From an uncultured Gammaproteobacteria bacterium (GTDB lineage: Bacteria; Patescibacteriota; Patescibacteriia; SG8-24): a stretch of 64,000 nt of DNA. The position numbers were made by a program, and so were the translations under genes. This document shows positions 28,370 through 38,599 of the stretch, piece by piece. Below the pieces are notes generated by a model. The model searched no databases and was not told where the DNA came from. It worked only from the letters and a program-made list of their open reading frames with translations. The stretch's first letter is position 1. Each line of letters begins with the position of its first letter. The stretch lies in NCBI GenBank assembly GCA_964626205.1, contig CAZVED010000002.1, forward strand, positions 23,708-87,707. Reading direction: 5' to 3'.

Positions 28370-28780
28370 ATGGACAGCGGACTGTTCTATTGCATCGCCA
28401 CCGCCCTCTGCTTCGGCTCCTGGCCGCTCATCACCCGCGCCGCGGGAGATACGAGCAGCTGGGCAATGCCGATTGTGCTCATCGCCTGCATGCTGACATC
28501 TTTCCTTGCACGCATCGGCGCAAAGGATGCGTTCCCGACGAAGACGGCCGTGCTCATCCTTGTCACGGCCGGCGTCGTGAACGGCTTGGGCGCGTTGGCA
28601 TACGGTCGCCTCATCACCTCGACCTCACAGTCGATGTCCGCACTCCCCTCTGCCGCGCTCACCGCGATGATCGTCTTCATGGCCTTCGGAGGATTCGTCT
28701 TCTTCAAGGAAGCGGTCACGCCGACGAAGCTCGTCGGCCTCGCGTTCGCGTCTGTCGGCTGCTGGCTACTCACGAAGTGA
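28370..28780 (+). CDS. Small 4-TM membrane protein (SMR/EamA-half-like)
   Basis: Starts MDSGLFYCIATALCFGSWPLITRAAG. It has four hydrophobic helices and a terminator at 28787-28815. Confidence 0.5.
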   Translation: MDSGLFYCIATALCFGSWPLITRAAGDTSSWAMPIVLIACMLTSFLARIGAKDAFPTKTAVLILVTAGVVNGLGALAYGRLITSTSQSMSALPSAALTAMIVFMAFGGFVFFKEAVTPTKLVGLAFASVGCWLLTK

Positions 28781-28857
28781 ACCTTGCGACCACCCAATCG
28801 GGTGGTCGTTTTTTGTTCCGCTACAAACAAAAAACCGCCTCCATAGAAGCGGTCCTT

Positions 28858-29031
28858 TCAGCCGTGTCGCTGCTTTTCTTTTTTGAGACGCATCAGCCCA
28901 AGGAGCTCCCGCGTTTGCGCCACGACGGTCGCGACACCCCAGAAACAGGCGACGAGTCCGGTATACGGAGTGAGGCAGGCAATCGCCAGGCTGACAGCGC
29001 CAGCGATGAAAAAGAGCGTGTTCGTCTTCAT
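28858..29031 (-). CDS. Small hydrophobic peptide 1 (57 aa), not on ORF track
   Basis: Reverse-complement translation is MKTNTLFFIAGAVSLAIACLTPYTGLVACFWGVATVVAQTRELLGLMRLKKEKQRHG. GAGGAGG lies 7 nt upstream and a terminator hairpin follows. Confidence 0.5.
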   Translation of the reverse strand: MKTNTLFFIAGAVSLAIACLTPYTGLVACFWGVATVVAQTRELLGLMRLKKEKQRHG

Positions 29032-29048
29032 GGAAACCTCCTCATGCC

Positions 29049-29216
29049 TCAGTCAGGCCCATTGATGAGCAAGTAGACTTGCCGGATCTGCAGGAAGACG
29101 ACGACCGAGATGAGAAAGATCGCCGCGGCACCAAACCCGCTCTGGATGCCGCAGTACCACAACGCGATGCACAAATTGGCTGAACCGACGATACTGAAGA
29201 AAAGACCCTTCTTCAT
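29049..29216 (-). CDS. Small hydrophobic peptide 2 (55 aa), paralog of peptide 1, not on ORF track
   Basis: Reverse-complement translation is MKKGLFFSIVGSANLCIALWYCGIQSGFGAAAIFLISVVVFLQIRQVYLLINGPD. AAAGGTGG lies upstream. It is divergent from clpB. Confidence 0.5.
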   Translation of the reverse strand: MKKGLFFSIVGSANLCIALWYCGIQSGFGAAAIFLISVVVFLQIRQVYLLINGPD

Positions 29217-29300
29217 GGATGGCCACCTTTCTGAAGGAGCGCCACTCTTATGTACCAGGAAGATGGGCTCGCGTCAATCTTCCACAACCCGTTTGACAAG

Positions 29301-29327
29301 TTAGCACTCTCTTGTTTAGACTGCTAA
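29301..29327 (+). promoter_or_regulatory. CIRCE element (HrcA operator) in the clpB promoter
   Basis: TTAGCACTC-tcttgttta-GACTGCTAA versus consensus TTAGCACTC-N9-GAGTGCTAA (8/9 in the right arm). TTGACA at 29294-29299 lies immediately upstream, and the element ends 23 nt before the clpB ATG. Confidence 0.75.
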
Positions 29328-29349
29328 TGATAAGCATATCCCCTATCCT

Positions 29350-32016
<2,667 letters not shown>

Positions 32017-32020
32017 TGCT

Positions 32021-33631
32021 ATGCGCGAGCGCCTCCTCCCCCACCATCGCGGCATCATCATCGCCGGAACTGCCGGAAGCGGGAAAACGACGCTCGCAAA
32101 AGCCCTGACGCGCCGCGTCGCCGATGCGCGCGTCATCGAAGCCTCAGCCTGCGTCATCGGGCCGGCTTTGATGATGGCAACGTTCCCGAAAAGCGCGGAT
32201 GCCTTCGTCATGAAACTCCTCCGTGCGCAGAAGCGCCGGGTCGCCGCCCATGAACGCGAAGCTGCGAAGACGCTCAATCAAGAGCTGCGCCGAGCGTACG
32301 GACCAAGCATTATCGGCCTTGCGCTTCATGCCATGGCGCTCCGTGACGCGAAAGGTGGCATCCCGATCATCACCGGTGTGCGTGGCAATGACACCATGGA
32401 GGTCCTCCGCGCACTCGGCTACATCACGGTCTTTGTGGATGTGACGGAGAAGACTGCCGTCCAGCGTCTGATGCGGCGCGACGGCGTCTCCCGTTCTGAG
32501 GCACTAGCCGAAGTGCGCCGCGAACGACAACTGTTCGAGGTAGCGGATGCGAAGAACCATGCCGATATCCATCTCGTGCTCCCGGATGGCGCGGTTGATT
32601 CTGCGCTCGCGACGATTCTTGACCATATCGCCGTACGTGAATGCTCTCGCTGTATCAACGACACCGCAAACCCGACCATCACCATTGGTGCTGACGGACG
32701 CTGTTCCGTCTGTTCGTGGTACAAGAAGCATTTCAGCGAGACCCGGCTCGAAAAAGAACGGACCCTTTTCAAAAACCTCCGCGGAACGGGCGTGGGAGAA
32801 TATGACATCGCGGTCGGTATCAGCGGAGGCAAGGACAGCACGGCCATGCTCGCGACCGTCCTCGAGCTGGGCTTCACGCCGCTCGCCTTCACGCTCGACA
32901 CCGGCTACTACCCGGCGCACAGCTTTGCGCGCGCGAAGGCGGTCGCGAAAAAGCTCGGCGTGGACTGGGTCCGCGCCGACATCCGTGGCTATGCGCGCGC
33001 CTGCGACAAGGCATCCTTCCGCATGACTGCGAACCTCTACGACCTACCGGAAACCCCCGATGTCGCAAGCCTCTTCCGCGGCATCTACGCGCACAACCGC
33101 GAGCACTACGCCATCACCTGCAAGCATCCCATGCCGTTCGTTCGGAGCTGCATTCTCTGTCGTCGGCTCGTCATCCGCGCGTACCATGCCCTTGCTACGG
33201 AACATGGCATCAAGACCGTAGCATTGGGCATGAACGAATGGACCGGCCTCAGTAGCATCGGCACAAAGGCCGGTATCAGCGCGATGCGCGAACTCCGTCC
33301 ATCGAAAAAAGGACCGTCCGTGACTATCGTCCATGTCCCGTTCCTCTTCCGTCGCAAGCGCAAAGACACCGCGAAGATTCTCAAGAAACTCGGCTGGAAA
33401 GCGCCCATGAAGGAGTCCTTTGTGGAATCAAACGCCAATTCCTGCTTGCTTGCGTTCGCCATGGAAGCGAAGGCTGCACGTCTGCTCGGCTTCCATCCGG
33501 ATACGACACGCCTTGCGCGCGAAGTCACAGCCGGCTTCCTTACAAAGACCGAAGCACGGCATGCACTCGCTACAACGCATCCGTCTCCTCACTCCGCACG
33601 TGCGATCCTCCGAAAGGCGGGGTTGCTCTGA
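32021..33631 (+). CDS. Fusion protein: N-terminal P-loop kinase-like (dephospho-CoA kinase-like) domain plus zinc ribbon plus TtuA/NcsA-like PP-loop ATPase
   Basis: Walker A is IIIAGTAGSGKTT. The CoaE-like tail is ...QRLMRRDGVSRSEALAEVRRERQ. Then comes CSRC...CSVC, the PP-loop VGISGGKDS, and further Cys (CDKAS; CKHPMPFVRSCILC). ATG at 32021 is 5 nt after the clpB stop. Confidence 0.55.
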   Translation: MRERLLPHHRGIIIAGTAGSGKTTLAKALTRRVADARVIEASACVIGPALMMATFPKSADAFVMKLLRAQKRRVAAHEREAAKTLNQELRRAYGPSIIGLALHAMALRDAKGGIPIITGVRGNDTMEVLRALGYITVFVDVTEKTAVQRLMRRDGVSRSEALAEVRRERQLFEVADAKNHADIHLVLPDGAVDSALATILDHIAVRECSRCINDTANPTITIGADGRCSVCSWYKKHFSETRLEKERTLFKNLRGTGVGEYDIAVGISGGKDSTAMLATVLELGFTPLAFTLDTGYYPAHSFARAKAVAKKLGVDWVRADIRGYARACDKASFRMTANLYDLPETPDVASLFRGIYAHNREHYAITCKHPMPFVRSCILCRRLVIRAYHALATEHGIKTVALGMNEWTGLSSIGTKAGISAMRELRPSKKGPSVTIVHVPFLFRRKRKDTAKILKKLGWKAPMKESFVESNANSCLLAFAMEAKAARLLGFHPDTTRLAREVTAGFLTKTEARHALATTHPSPHSARAILRKAGLL

Positions 33632-34592
33632 ACAGATCGTCCACAAGGCGGCTCGCCTGCGCGAGCCGTTCTTCGTGCGTCCCGCGCAGCAACGCCCACG
33701 GCACGTTGCGTGTCGGTAAGAGCTCTTCAAAACGCCGGTGCATCGCGTGACGCCGAGGTCCGCCGTCCCGTAACCCGTCCTGCTCGAACGGGATCTCGTC
33801 GCCGGTCAAAAGGTACAAGTCCGGTTTCCGAGTAGCATTCGCCACGGCCTGCACGGCCGGAGACGACGCCCCCATATAGTGCTCATGCCACAACGTCGTG
33901 GCGAACGCATCCGTGTCGCAGAACAACACCTTGTTCGCGGACCGCGCCAGCATCTCCGTCATGCGCGTCTGCGTTTCCGCAATGAACGTGAACTCGTCCG
34001 TGCGCCAGCAATAGCCTGCATCGCCGTACTTCCCTTCCGCATATAACCGCCCGTATTCCGGCACCCACGCCGTCCGATACTTCGCGGCAAGCGCCTTCGT
34101 GAGCGTCGTCGTGCCAGTCGACTCCGCACCAAGGACGACCACGCGTTTCGCGAAGTGCGCGCGCACCGGCGGCTCGATGAATTCCCATTGCGCGAAAGGA
34201 TCCTTCCGCACCGCCGTCCCTGAGACTGGAAACGTCACGCGCGGCGCGTCCACGGAGACATGCTCGCACCCCATCGCCGCGGCATACGGCACGCCGTAGT
34301 CCTCGGAGCTGAACACCGCGTCTGGTGCCGCACCAAGAAACGCGACCGTATGTTCCGCCCACGCGACAGAATCATCGTCCTTCCAGATATCCGGAATGAT
34401 TCGCACGTCCGCGTCCGGATGGACCTCCTGCAACCACGAAGCGCGTGTCTCTGCCGGGATTACCTGCAACGGGTCGCCGACAACGAGCACGATGACGCGT
34501 TCGCAAGCTGCCTGCGCTGACCCGACGAGATGATGATGCCCTTTGTGGGGCGGAACAAACTTACCGACCACCAATCCCGTCCGGTACCGCAT
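33570..34592 (-). CDS. nadR: NadR-like bifunctional NMN adenylyltransferase / ribosylnicotinamide kinase (no HTH domain)
   Basis: GKFVPPHKGHHHL is the nucleotidyltransferase (H/T)xGH motif. Second-domain Walker A is VVLGAESTGTTTL. The 3' end overlaps the convergent gene by ~60 nt. Confidence 0.7.
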   Translation of the reverse strand: MRYRTGLVVGKFVPPHKGHHHLVGSAQAACERVIVLVVGDPLQVIPAETRASWLQEVHPDADVRIIPDIWKDDDSVAWAEHTVAFLGAAPDAVFSSEDYGVPYAAAMGCEHVSVDAPRVTFPVSGTAVRKDPFAQWEFIEPPVRAHFAKRVVVLGAESTGTTTLTKALAAKYRTAWVPEYGRLYAEGKYGDAGYCWRTDEFTFIAETQTRMTEMLARSANKVLFCDTDAFATTLWHEHYMGASSPAVQAVANATRKPDLYLLTGDEIPFEQDGLRDGGPRRHAMHRRFEELLPTRNVPWALLRGTHEERLAQASRLVDDLFRATPPFGGSHVRSEETDAL

Positions 34593-35262
34593 AGGCGTTC
34601 TTTTCAGAGATGACCGCTCCCGCAAGAATCTTCCGCCAGCTCAGAAGACCCCATGTCGCCATGGCGAGGAAGATGACATACTCCAACGCGATGAACCGCA
34701 CACCCTTCACGAAGTACAGCCAAATACCAATGACATCCACGATAATCCAGTATGTCCAGCAGTCCACGCGACGGCGCATCATGAGCACCGTCGCCGTGAA
34801 GCTCATGACAGTCGTGAGCGCATCAAGGAACGGGTAGTCTGCCGGAGCCGGAAAGGCTGCGGGCAGCAGCACATGAATGCGCGACATCAGCGTGCTGAGT
34901 ACCAGCGTTCCAACTGCGGTAATCGCGATTGCCGACACGGCTTCCATACGAGGAGAGCGTGTCACCGGAAGCTCCGTGCCTGGCTTCTTCTCCCCTTTCG
35001 GATGCGTCCACATCCACCACCCCCAGAACCCCGTCACGAAGAACCATGCCTGCTCGATCATGTCGGAGTACAAACGAATCTGGTAGAACAGGATGAAAAA
35101 CAGCACCACAGCAACGATGCCGACCGGCCAAGTGAGCACCTTGTTACGTGCCGCCAACCAAACACAGACAAGATTGAATACTGTTCCGAAGAACTCGATA
35201 TAGCTCATGGGATAGCCCATGACCGTGAAAAAGACGGTGTTGATGTCGAGCAGAGCGGTCAT
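34561..35262 (-). CDS. pnuC: Nicotinamide riboside/NMN transporter PnuC
   Basis: Starts MTALLDINTVFFTVMGYPMSYIEFFGTVFNLVCVWLAARN and contains WPVGIV...FWGWWMW. It has 7-8 TM segments and overlaps nadR by 32 nt. Confidence 0.85.
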   Translation of the reverse strand: MTALLDINTVFFTVMGYPMSYIEFFGTVFNLVCVWLAARNKVLTWPVGIVAVVLFFILFYQIRLYSDMIEQAWFFVTGFWGWWMWTHPKGEKKPGTELPVTRSPRMEAVSAIAITAVGTLVLSTLMSRIHVLLPAAFPAPADYPFLDALTTVMSFTATVLMMRRRVDCWTYWIIVDVIGIWLYFVKGVRFIALEYVIFLAMATWGLLSWRKILAGAVISEKNAYAVPDGIGGR

Positions 35263-35361
35263 AACCGATAATCATCAGTGGGGCGAATCCGTCCCTTTGC
35301 TGCACCGTACGCCTTACTTTGTGTACTGTCAACACTAAGTAATCCACAGGCGGCAACAAAC

Positions 35362-35395
35362 GAAAAAACGCTCCGGTTTTCCGGAGCGTTTTACC
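35362..35395. terminator. Bidirectional intrinsic terminator (ends the lexA transcript, insulates pnuC promoter)
   Basis: AAAAAACGCTCCGG-tttt-CCGGAGCGTTTTACCTTTT. Confidence 0.6.
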
Positions 35396-35537
35396 TTTTC
35401 CAGGGCCACTTATGCCGTGAGAAAAGCATCGGAAATGGTGCCGAGAAATTGCCGGTAAAAACCGCGAAGCTTGCGCTTAAGCATAGGGTTGTTGGGTAAA
35501 CCTTTATTATCGAAGTTGGTTGTGACCTCGTCTGCCG

Positions 35538-36167
35538 TTACGCTGGTAGCGTCGCCCTGAAGTTCCTGATGACCGCACACACCACGCCTTGGACGATGAG
35601 ATCCTTCACGTAGAGCGGCTTCATGGCGCTGTTCGCCGGTTGCAACCGTATGCGTCCCTTTTCCCGATAGAACCGTTTCAGCGTGGCGTAGGTGTTCTCA
35701 AGGAGCGCTACGACCACGTCTCCGTCCCGTGGTGAGGGGTTTCGTTGTACCACCACGTAGTCGCCAGAGAGGATGCCGTCCTCGATCATGGACTGACCTT
35801 TGACGCGGAGGACATACGTGTTGATGCCGTCCATGGCGAGGTCAGCGGGCACTGCAATCGTTTCGTTGGATTCCATGGCCTCGATGGGCTCTCCTGCCGT
35901 GATGAGTCCTAGGAGCGGTAGCTGGACAGCCTTCGCGACCATGTTCACTGCCTTGTCGAGCTCGATGGACCGTGGCCCGTCGGAGTCTCCGCGCAGGTAC
36001 CCTTTGCTCTCGAGGTTCTTGATGTGCTCGTGCACCGTTGCGGTCGACGAGATGCCGAGGTGGTCGGCGATTTCTCGATACGACGGCGAGTACTCATGCT
36101 CTTGGATGTACCCGACCACGAAGTCGAGGATCTCTGATTGCTTCTTGGTGAGTTTATCGAGGGTCAT
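35538..36167 (-). CDS. lexA: LexA repressor
   Basis: N-terminal wHTH (LTKKQSEILDFVVGYIQEHEYSPSYREIADHLGISSTATVHEHIKNLESKGYL), cleavage site AGEP, and S24 peptidase with catalytic Ser (GQSM) and Lys (TLKRF). Confidence 0.9.
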   Translation of the reverse strand: MTLDKLTKKQSEILDFVVGYIQEHEYSPSYREIADHLGISSTATVHEHIKNLESKGYLRGDSDGPRSIELDKAVNMVAKAVQLPLLGLITAGEPIEAMESNETIAVPADLAMDGINTYVLRVKGQSMIEDGILSGDYVVVQRNPSPRDGDVVVALLENTYATLKRFYREKGRIRLQPANSAMKPLYVKDLIVQGVVCAVIRNFRATLPA

Positions 36168-36215
36168 GGGCGTTGGGGTTATCCACACTCGTTGTCTGAT
36201 AGGTTCAGTATACCC

Positions 36216-36230
36216 GAACAAAAACCGAAC
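36216..36230 (-). promoter_or_regulatory. Candidate LexA box, direct repeat GTTC-N7-GTTC
   Basis: Minus-strand sequence is GTTCGGTTTTTGTTC, about 50 nt upstream of the lexA ATG. An overlapping GTTC-N9-GAAC inverted repeat sits at 36203-36219. Confidence 0.4.
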
Positions 36231-36300
36231 GTCCAGATGGAGTCATCCACAGGGTGGTTTCTCTCGCAAAACACCGCTTATTGTGCTATCATTTTGAAAT

Positions 36301-37095
36301 ATGGCCCTCGTCTTCTCCTGCATTGCAAGCCACACCCCCCTTCTCATGCCAACCATCGGCAAGACTAATTTGGCAACTATCGCCAAAACAGAAGCTGCCA
36401 TGAAGCGGCTTGAGCAGGAGCTCTACACCACGCATCCGGAAACGCTCATCGTCATCACGCCGCACGGCAACCAGTTGCCGGACGCGATGACCATCAACCT
36501 GAGCGCCACGTACCGCACGAACTTCCAGGAATTCGGCGATCTCACCACCAAGCTCGCATGGAAGCCGAACACGATGCTCATCGACCGCATCCGCGAGGAC
36601 TCCAAAGATAAGCACCTTCCGCTCGTCCTCGACTCCCAGGAAGACCTGGACTACGGCACGGCGGTCGCGTTGTGGTACCTCACCCAGCACCTGCCGAACG
36701 TGAAGATCATCCCAGTCGTCACCTCTGGCCTCGACATGAAGGCGCACATGGAGTTCGGGCGCGAACTCAAGGACGAAATCCTCTCCTCCACCGAGCGTAT
36801 CGCGGTCATCGCCTCTGCAGACCTTTCGCACACGCTCTCCGAAAAGGCTCCTGGCGGTTTTTCTCCGCGCGGTGCGGAACTCGACGCGCTCGTGCAAAAG
36901 CTCGTCACGGAACAGAACATGGAAGGCTTCCTCCAGCTCGATGATGCCTGGATCAACGAAGCGCAGGCATGTGGTGCAAAGGTGCTCGGCGTACTTGCCG
37001 GCATCTTGGGCGACTCCCGCCACACCACCGAGGTCTTCTCCTATGAGAGCCCGTTCGGTGTCGGCTACTTGGTCGCCGAAATGAAGAACCTTTGA
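36301..37095 (+). CDS. LigB/Memo-like class III extradiol dioxygenase family protein (AmmeMemoRadiSam system protein B-like)
   Basis: Has ...LIVITPHGNQ...DYGTAVALWYL...IASADLSHTLSEKAPGGF (His/Asp metal ligands typical of the fold). An extended -10 TGcTATCAT lies at 36284-36292. Confidence 0.5.
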   Translation: MALVFSCIASHTPLLMPTIGKTNLATIAKTEAAMKRLEQELYTTHPETLIVITPHGNQLPDAMTINLSATYRTNFQEFGDLTTKLAWKPNTMLIDRIREDSKDKHLPLVLDSQEDLDYGTAVALWYLTQHLPNVKIIPVVTSGLDMKAHMEFGRELKDEILSSTERIAVIASADLSHTLSEKAPGGFSPRGAELDALVQKLVTEQNMEGFLQLDDAWINEAQACGAKVLGVLAGILGDSRHTTEVFSYESPFGVGYLVAEMKNL

Positions 37096-37156
37096 GCGAT
37101 GTTCCGGTCTTCCCTGAAGACCTTTGTTCTGCTAGGGTAAGCCAAGATTCTACCCT

Positions 37157-37465
37157 ATGGACGACCTCAAAGACGCGCTCGCTAAGCGGGTGCAGCCGAA
37201 AAAACGCAACGTGAAGATCCACTCCGAAGCCCACGCGCTTGCGGACGAGATTAGCACCGCCTTCCAAGAACGGAAGCGTTTCGCCATGTACCTCGGCACC
37301 ATCAACCGTGTCGGCGTCCCGGAAGCGCGGCGCATCTTCACTCAACTGCAGCAGGAGAGCAAAGGACACTTCGGCAAGCTCTTCATGTTCCTCTGCAGCA
37401 AGAAGGCGAAAGAGAAAAAAGTCGCGGAGGCGAAAGTGACCCCGCCTCTCAAACCGAAATCCTGA
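37157..37465 (+). CDS. Small basic hypothetical protein (102 aa)
   Basis: Clean ORF directly upstream of def. Lys-rich C-terminus. Confidence 0.45.
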   Translation: MDDLKDALAKRVQPKKRNVKIHSEAHALADEISTAFQERKRFAMYLGTINRVGVPEARRIFTQLQQESKGHFGKLFMFLCSKKAKEKKVAEAKVTPPLKPKS

Positions 37466-37475
37466 CGAGCCGCAT

Positions 37476-37943
37476 ATGGCCATCCACGAGATCACCAAAA
37501 AAGGAGAACCTGTCCTGCACCGCCGCTCCAAAGACGTCACGGAGGCGGAGTTCGGCACCCCGAAACTCAAGAAACTCATCGCGGACATGGTCGAAACCAT
37601 GATTCATGCCAATGGCGTGGGTATCGCCGCACCGCAGATCGGCGTCGACAAGCGCATCTTCATCGCGGAATCCGATGCGGGTCCTATCGCGGTCCTCAAT
37701 CCGAGCATCGTGAAGTATTCCAAGAAGCTGGTGCGTGGCGAAGAAGGTTGTCTTTCCATCCCCGGCAAATACGACAAACTCATGCGCGCCAAAGAAGTGA
37801 CCGTCGAAGGGTGCACGGTGGACGGTAAAAAAATCAGTTTCGTTGCCAAGGATTTCTTCGCGCGCATCATGCAGCATGAAATCGATCACTTGGAGGGTTT
37901 TCTGTACGTGGATCGGGTGGAGGAACAACGAAAAGAAAAGTAG
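37476..37943 (+). CDS. def: Peptide deformylase
   Basis: The three canonical motifs are GVGIAAPQIG, EGCLSIPG and HEIDHLEG. Confidence 0.92.
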   Translation: MAIHEITKKGEPVLHRRSKDVTEAEFGTPKLKKLIADMVETMIHANGVGIAAPQIGVDKRIFIAESDAGPIAVLNPSIVKYSKKLVRGEEGCLSIPGKYDKLMRAKEVTVEGCTVDGKKISFVAKDFFARIMQHEIDHLEGFLYVDRVEEQRKEK

Positions 37944-37948
37944 GCCAT

Positions 37949-38593
37949 ATGTACTCCGAGCGCCATCACGTCCCTGCTCCAGACCAGGAAAACCGGCTGG
38001 AAAAAGAACAACTGGCTCAAGACTATAAAGAACAGGCGCTCGATCTGCAGCGGCGTATCGCGGCCATGGAAACCCCGCTAGGGCACGGCACGACATCCGA
38101 GTATCTTGCAAGCATCCTGGAAAAAGAACTCGGCGGAATCCAGCCCGAAAAGGCATTCGCCGGAACGAAGAGTGCGACGGACCTGCGCGTTCCTGACGGC
38201 CTTCTTGGCGCGTACCTTTTTTCCCGCTTCACTACAGAGTCCTTGGAAGTGACCTCTGAACAGCTTTCAGGAGAGGACGCCATCGCCCGCTATGCGCGAC
38301 TGAATCCCGACATCACCGAGGAACGGCTTCGCGAAGCTTTCGCTGCGTATGTCGAAAAGCGCAAACCAGAAGGGTTCCCTGTCCTGTTCGTCTACGACGG
38401 TGGTAAGGATGCGATGATCCGGAACGTGAACCCTCGTGTACCGAGCGAGGTGGAGTTCGAAGGAAGTCTGACGACGGACAAGCTCCGCATTCTCCTGGTT
38501 CCGAAAGCGAAGATGGCAGAAACTGCTGCACGGCTCAAAGAACTTGGAATCTCGGCCGAAGTGCGTCCAATAGAAACGATGGAAGTATCCTGA
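37949..38593 (+). CDS. Hypothetical protein between def and fmt
   Basis: 214 aa ORF, acidic, no recognisable motif. It is co-oriented and tightly packed within the def-fmt operon. Confidence 0.45.
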   Translation: MYSERHHVPAPDQENRLEKEQLAQDYKEQALDLQRRIAAMETPLGHGTTSEYLASILEKELGGIQPEKAFAGTKSATDLRVPDGLLGAYLFSRFTTESLEVTSEQLSGEDAIARYARLNPDITEERLREAFAAYVEKRKPEGFPVLFVYDGGKDAMIRNVNPRVPSEVEFEGSLTTDKLRILLVPKAKMAETAARLKELGISAEVRPIETMEVS

Positions 38594-38599
38594 AATACC

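Noticed and set aside
34543-35271. A 242-aa plus-strand ORF.
   Set aside because: It is antisense to pnuC, which has unmistakable transporter sequence. It is an His/Arg-rich artefact.
35263-35350. A pnuC-motif (NAD+-II) riboswitch considered upstream of pnuC.
   Set aside because: Only about 90 nt lie between the lexA terminator and the pnuC ATG, most of it promoter. That is too short for the riboswitch plus expression platform, and no obvious pseudoknot-forming repeat was seen.
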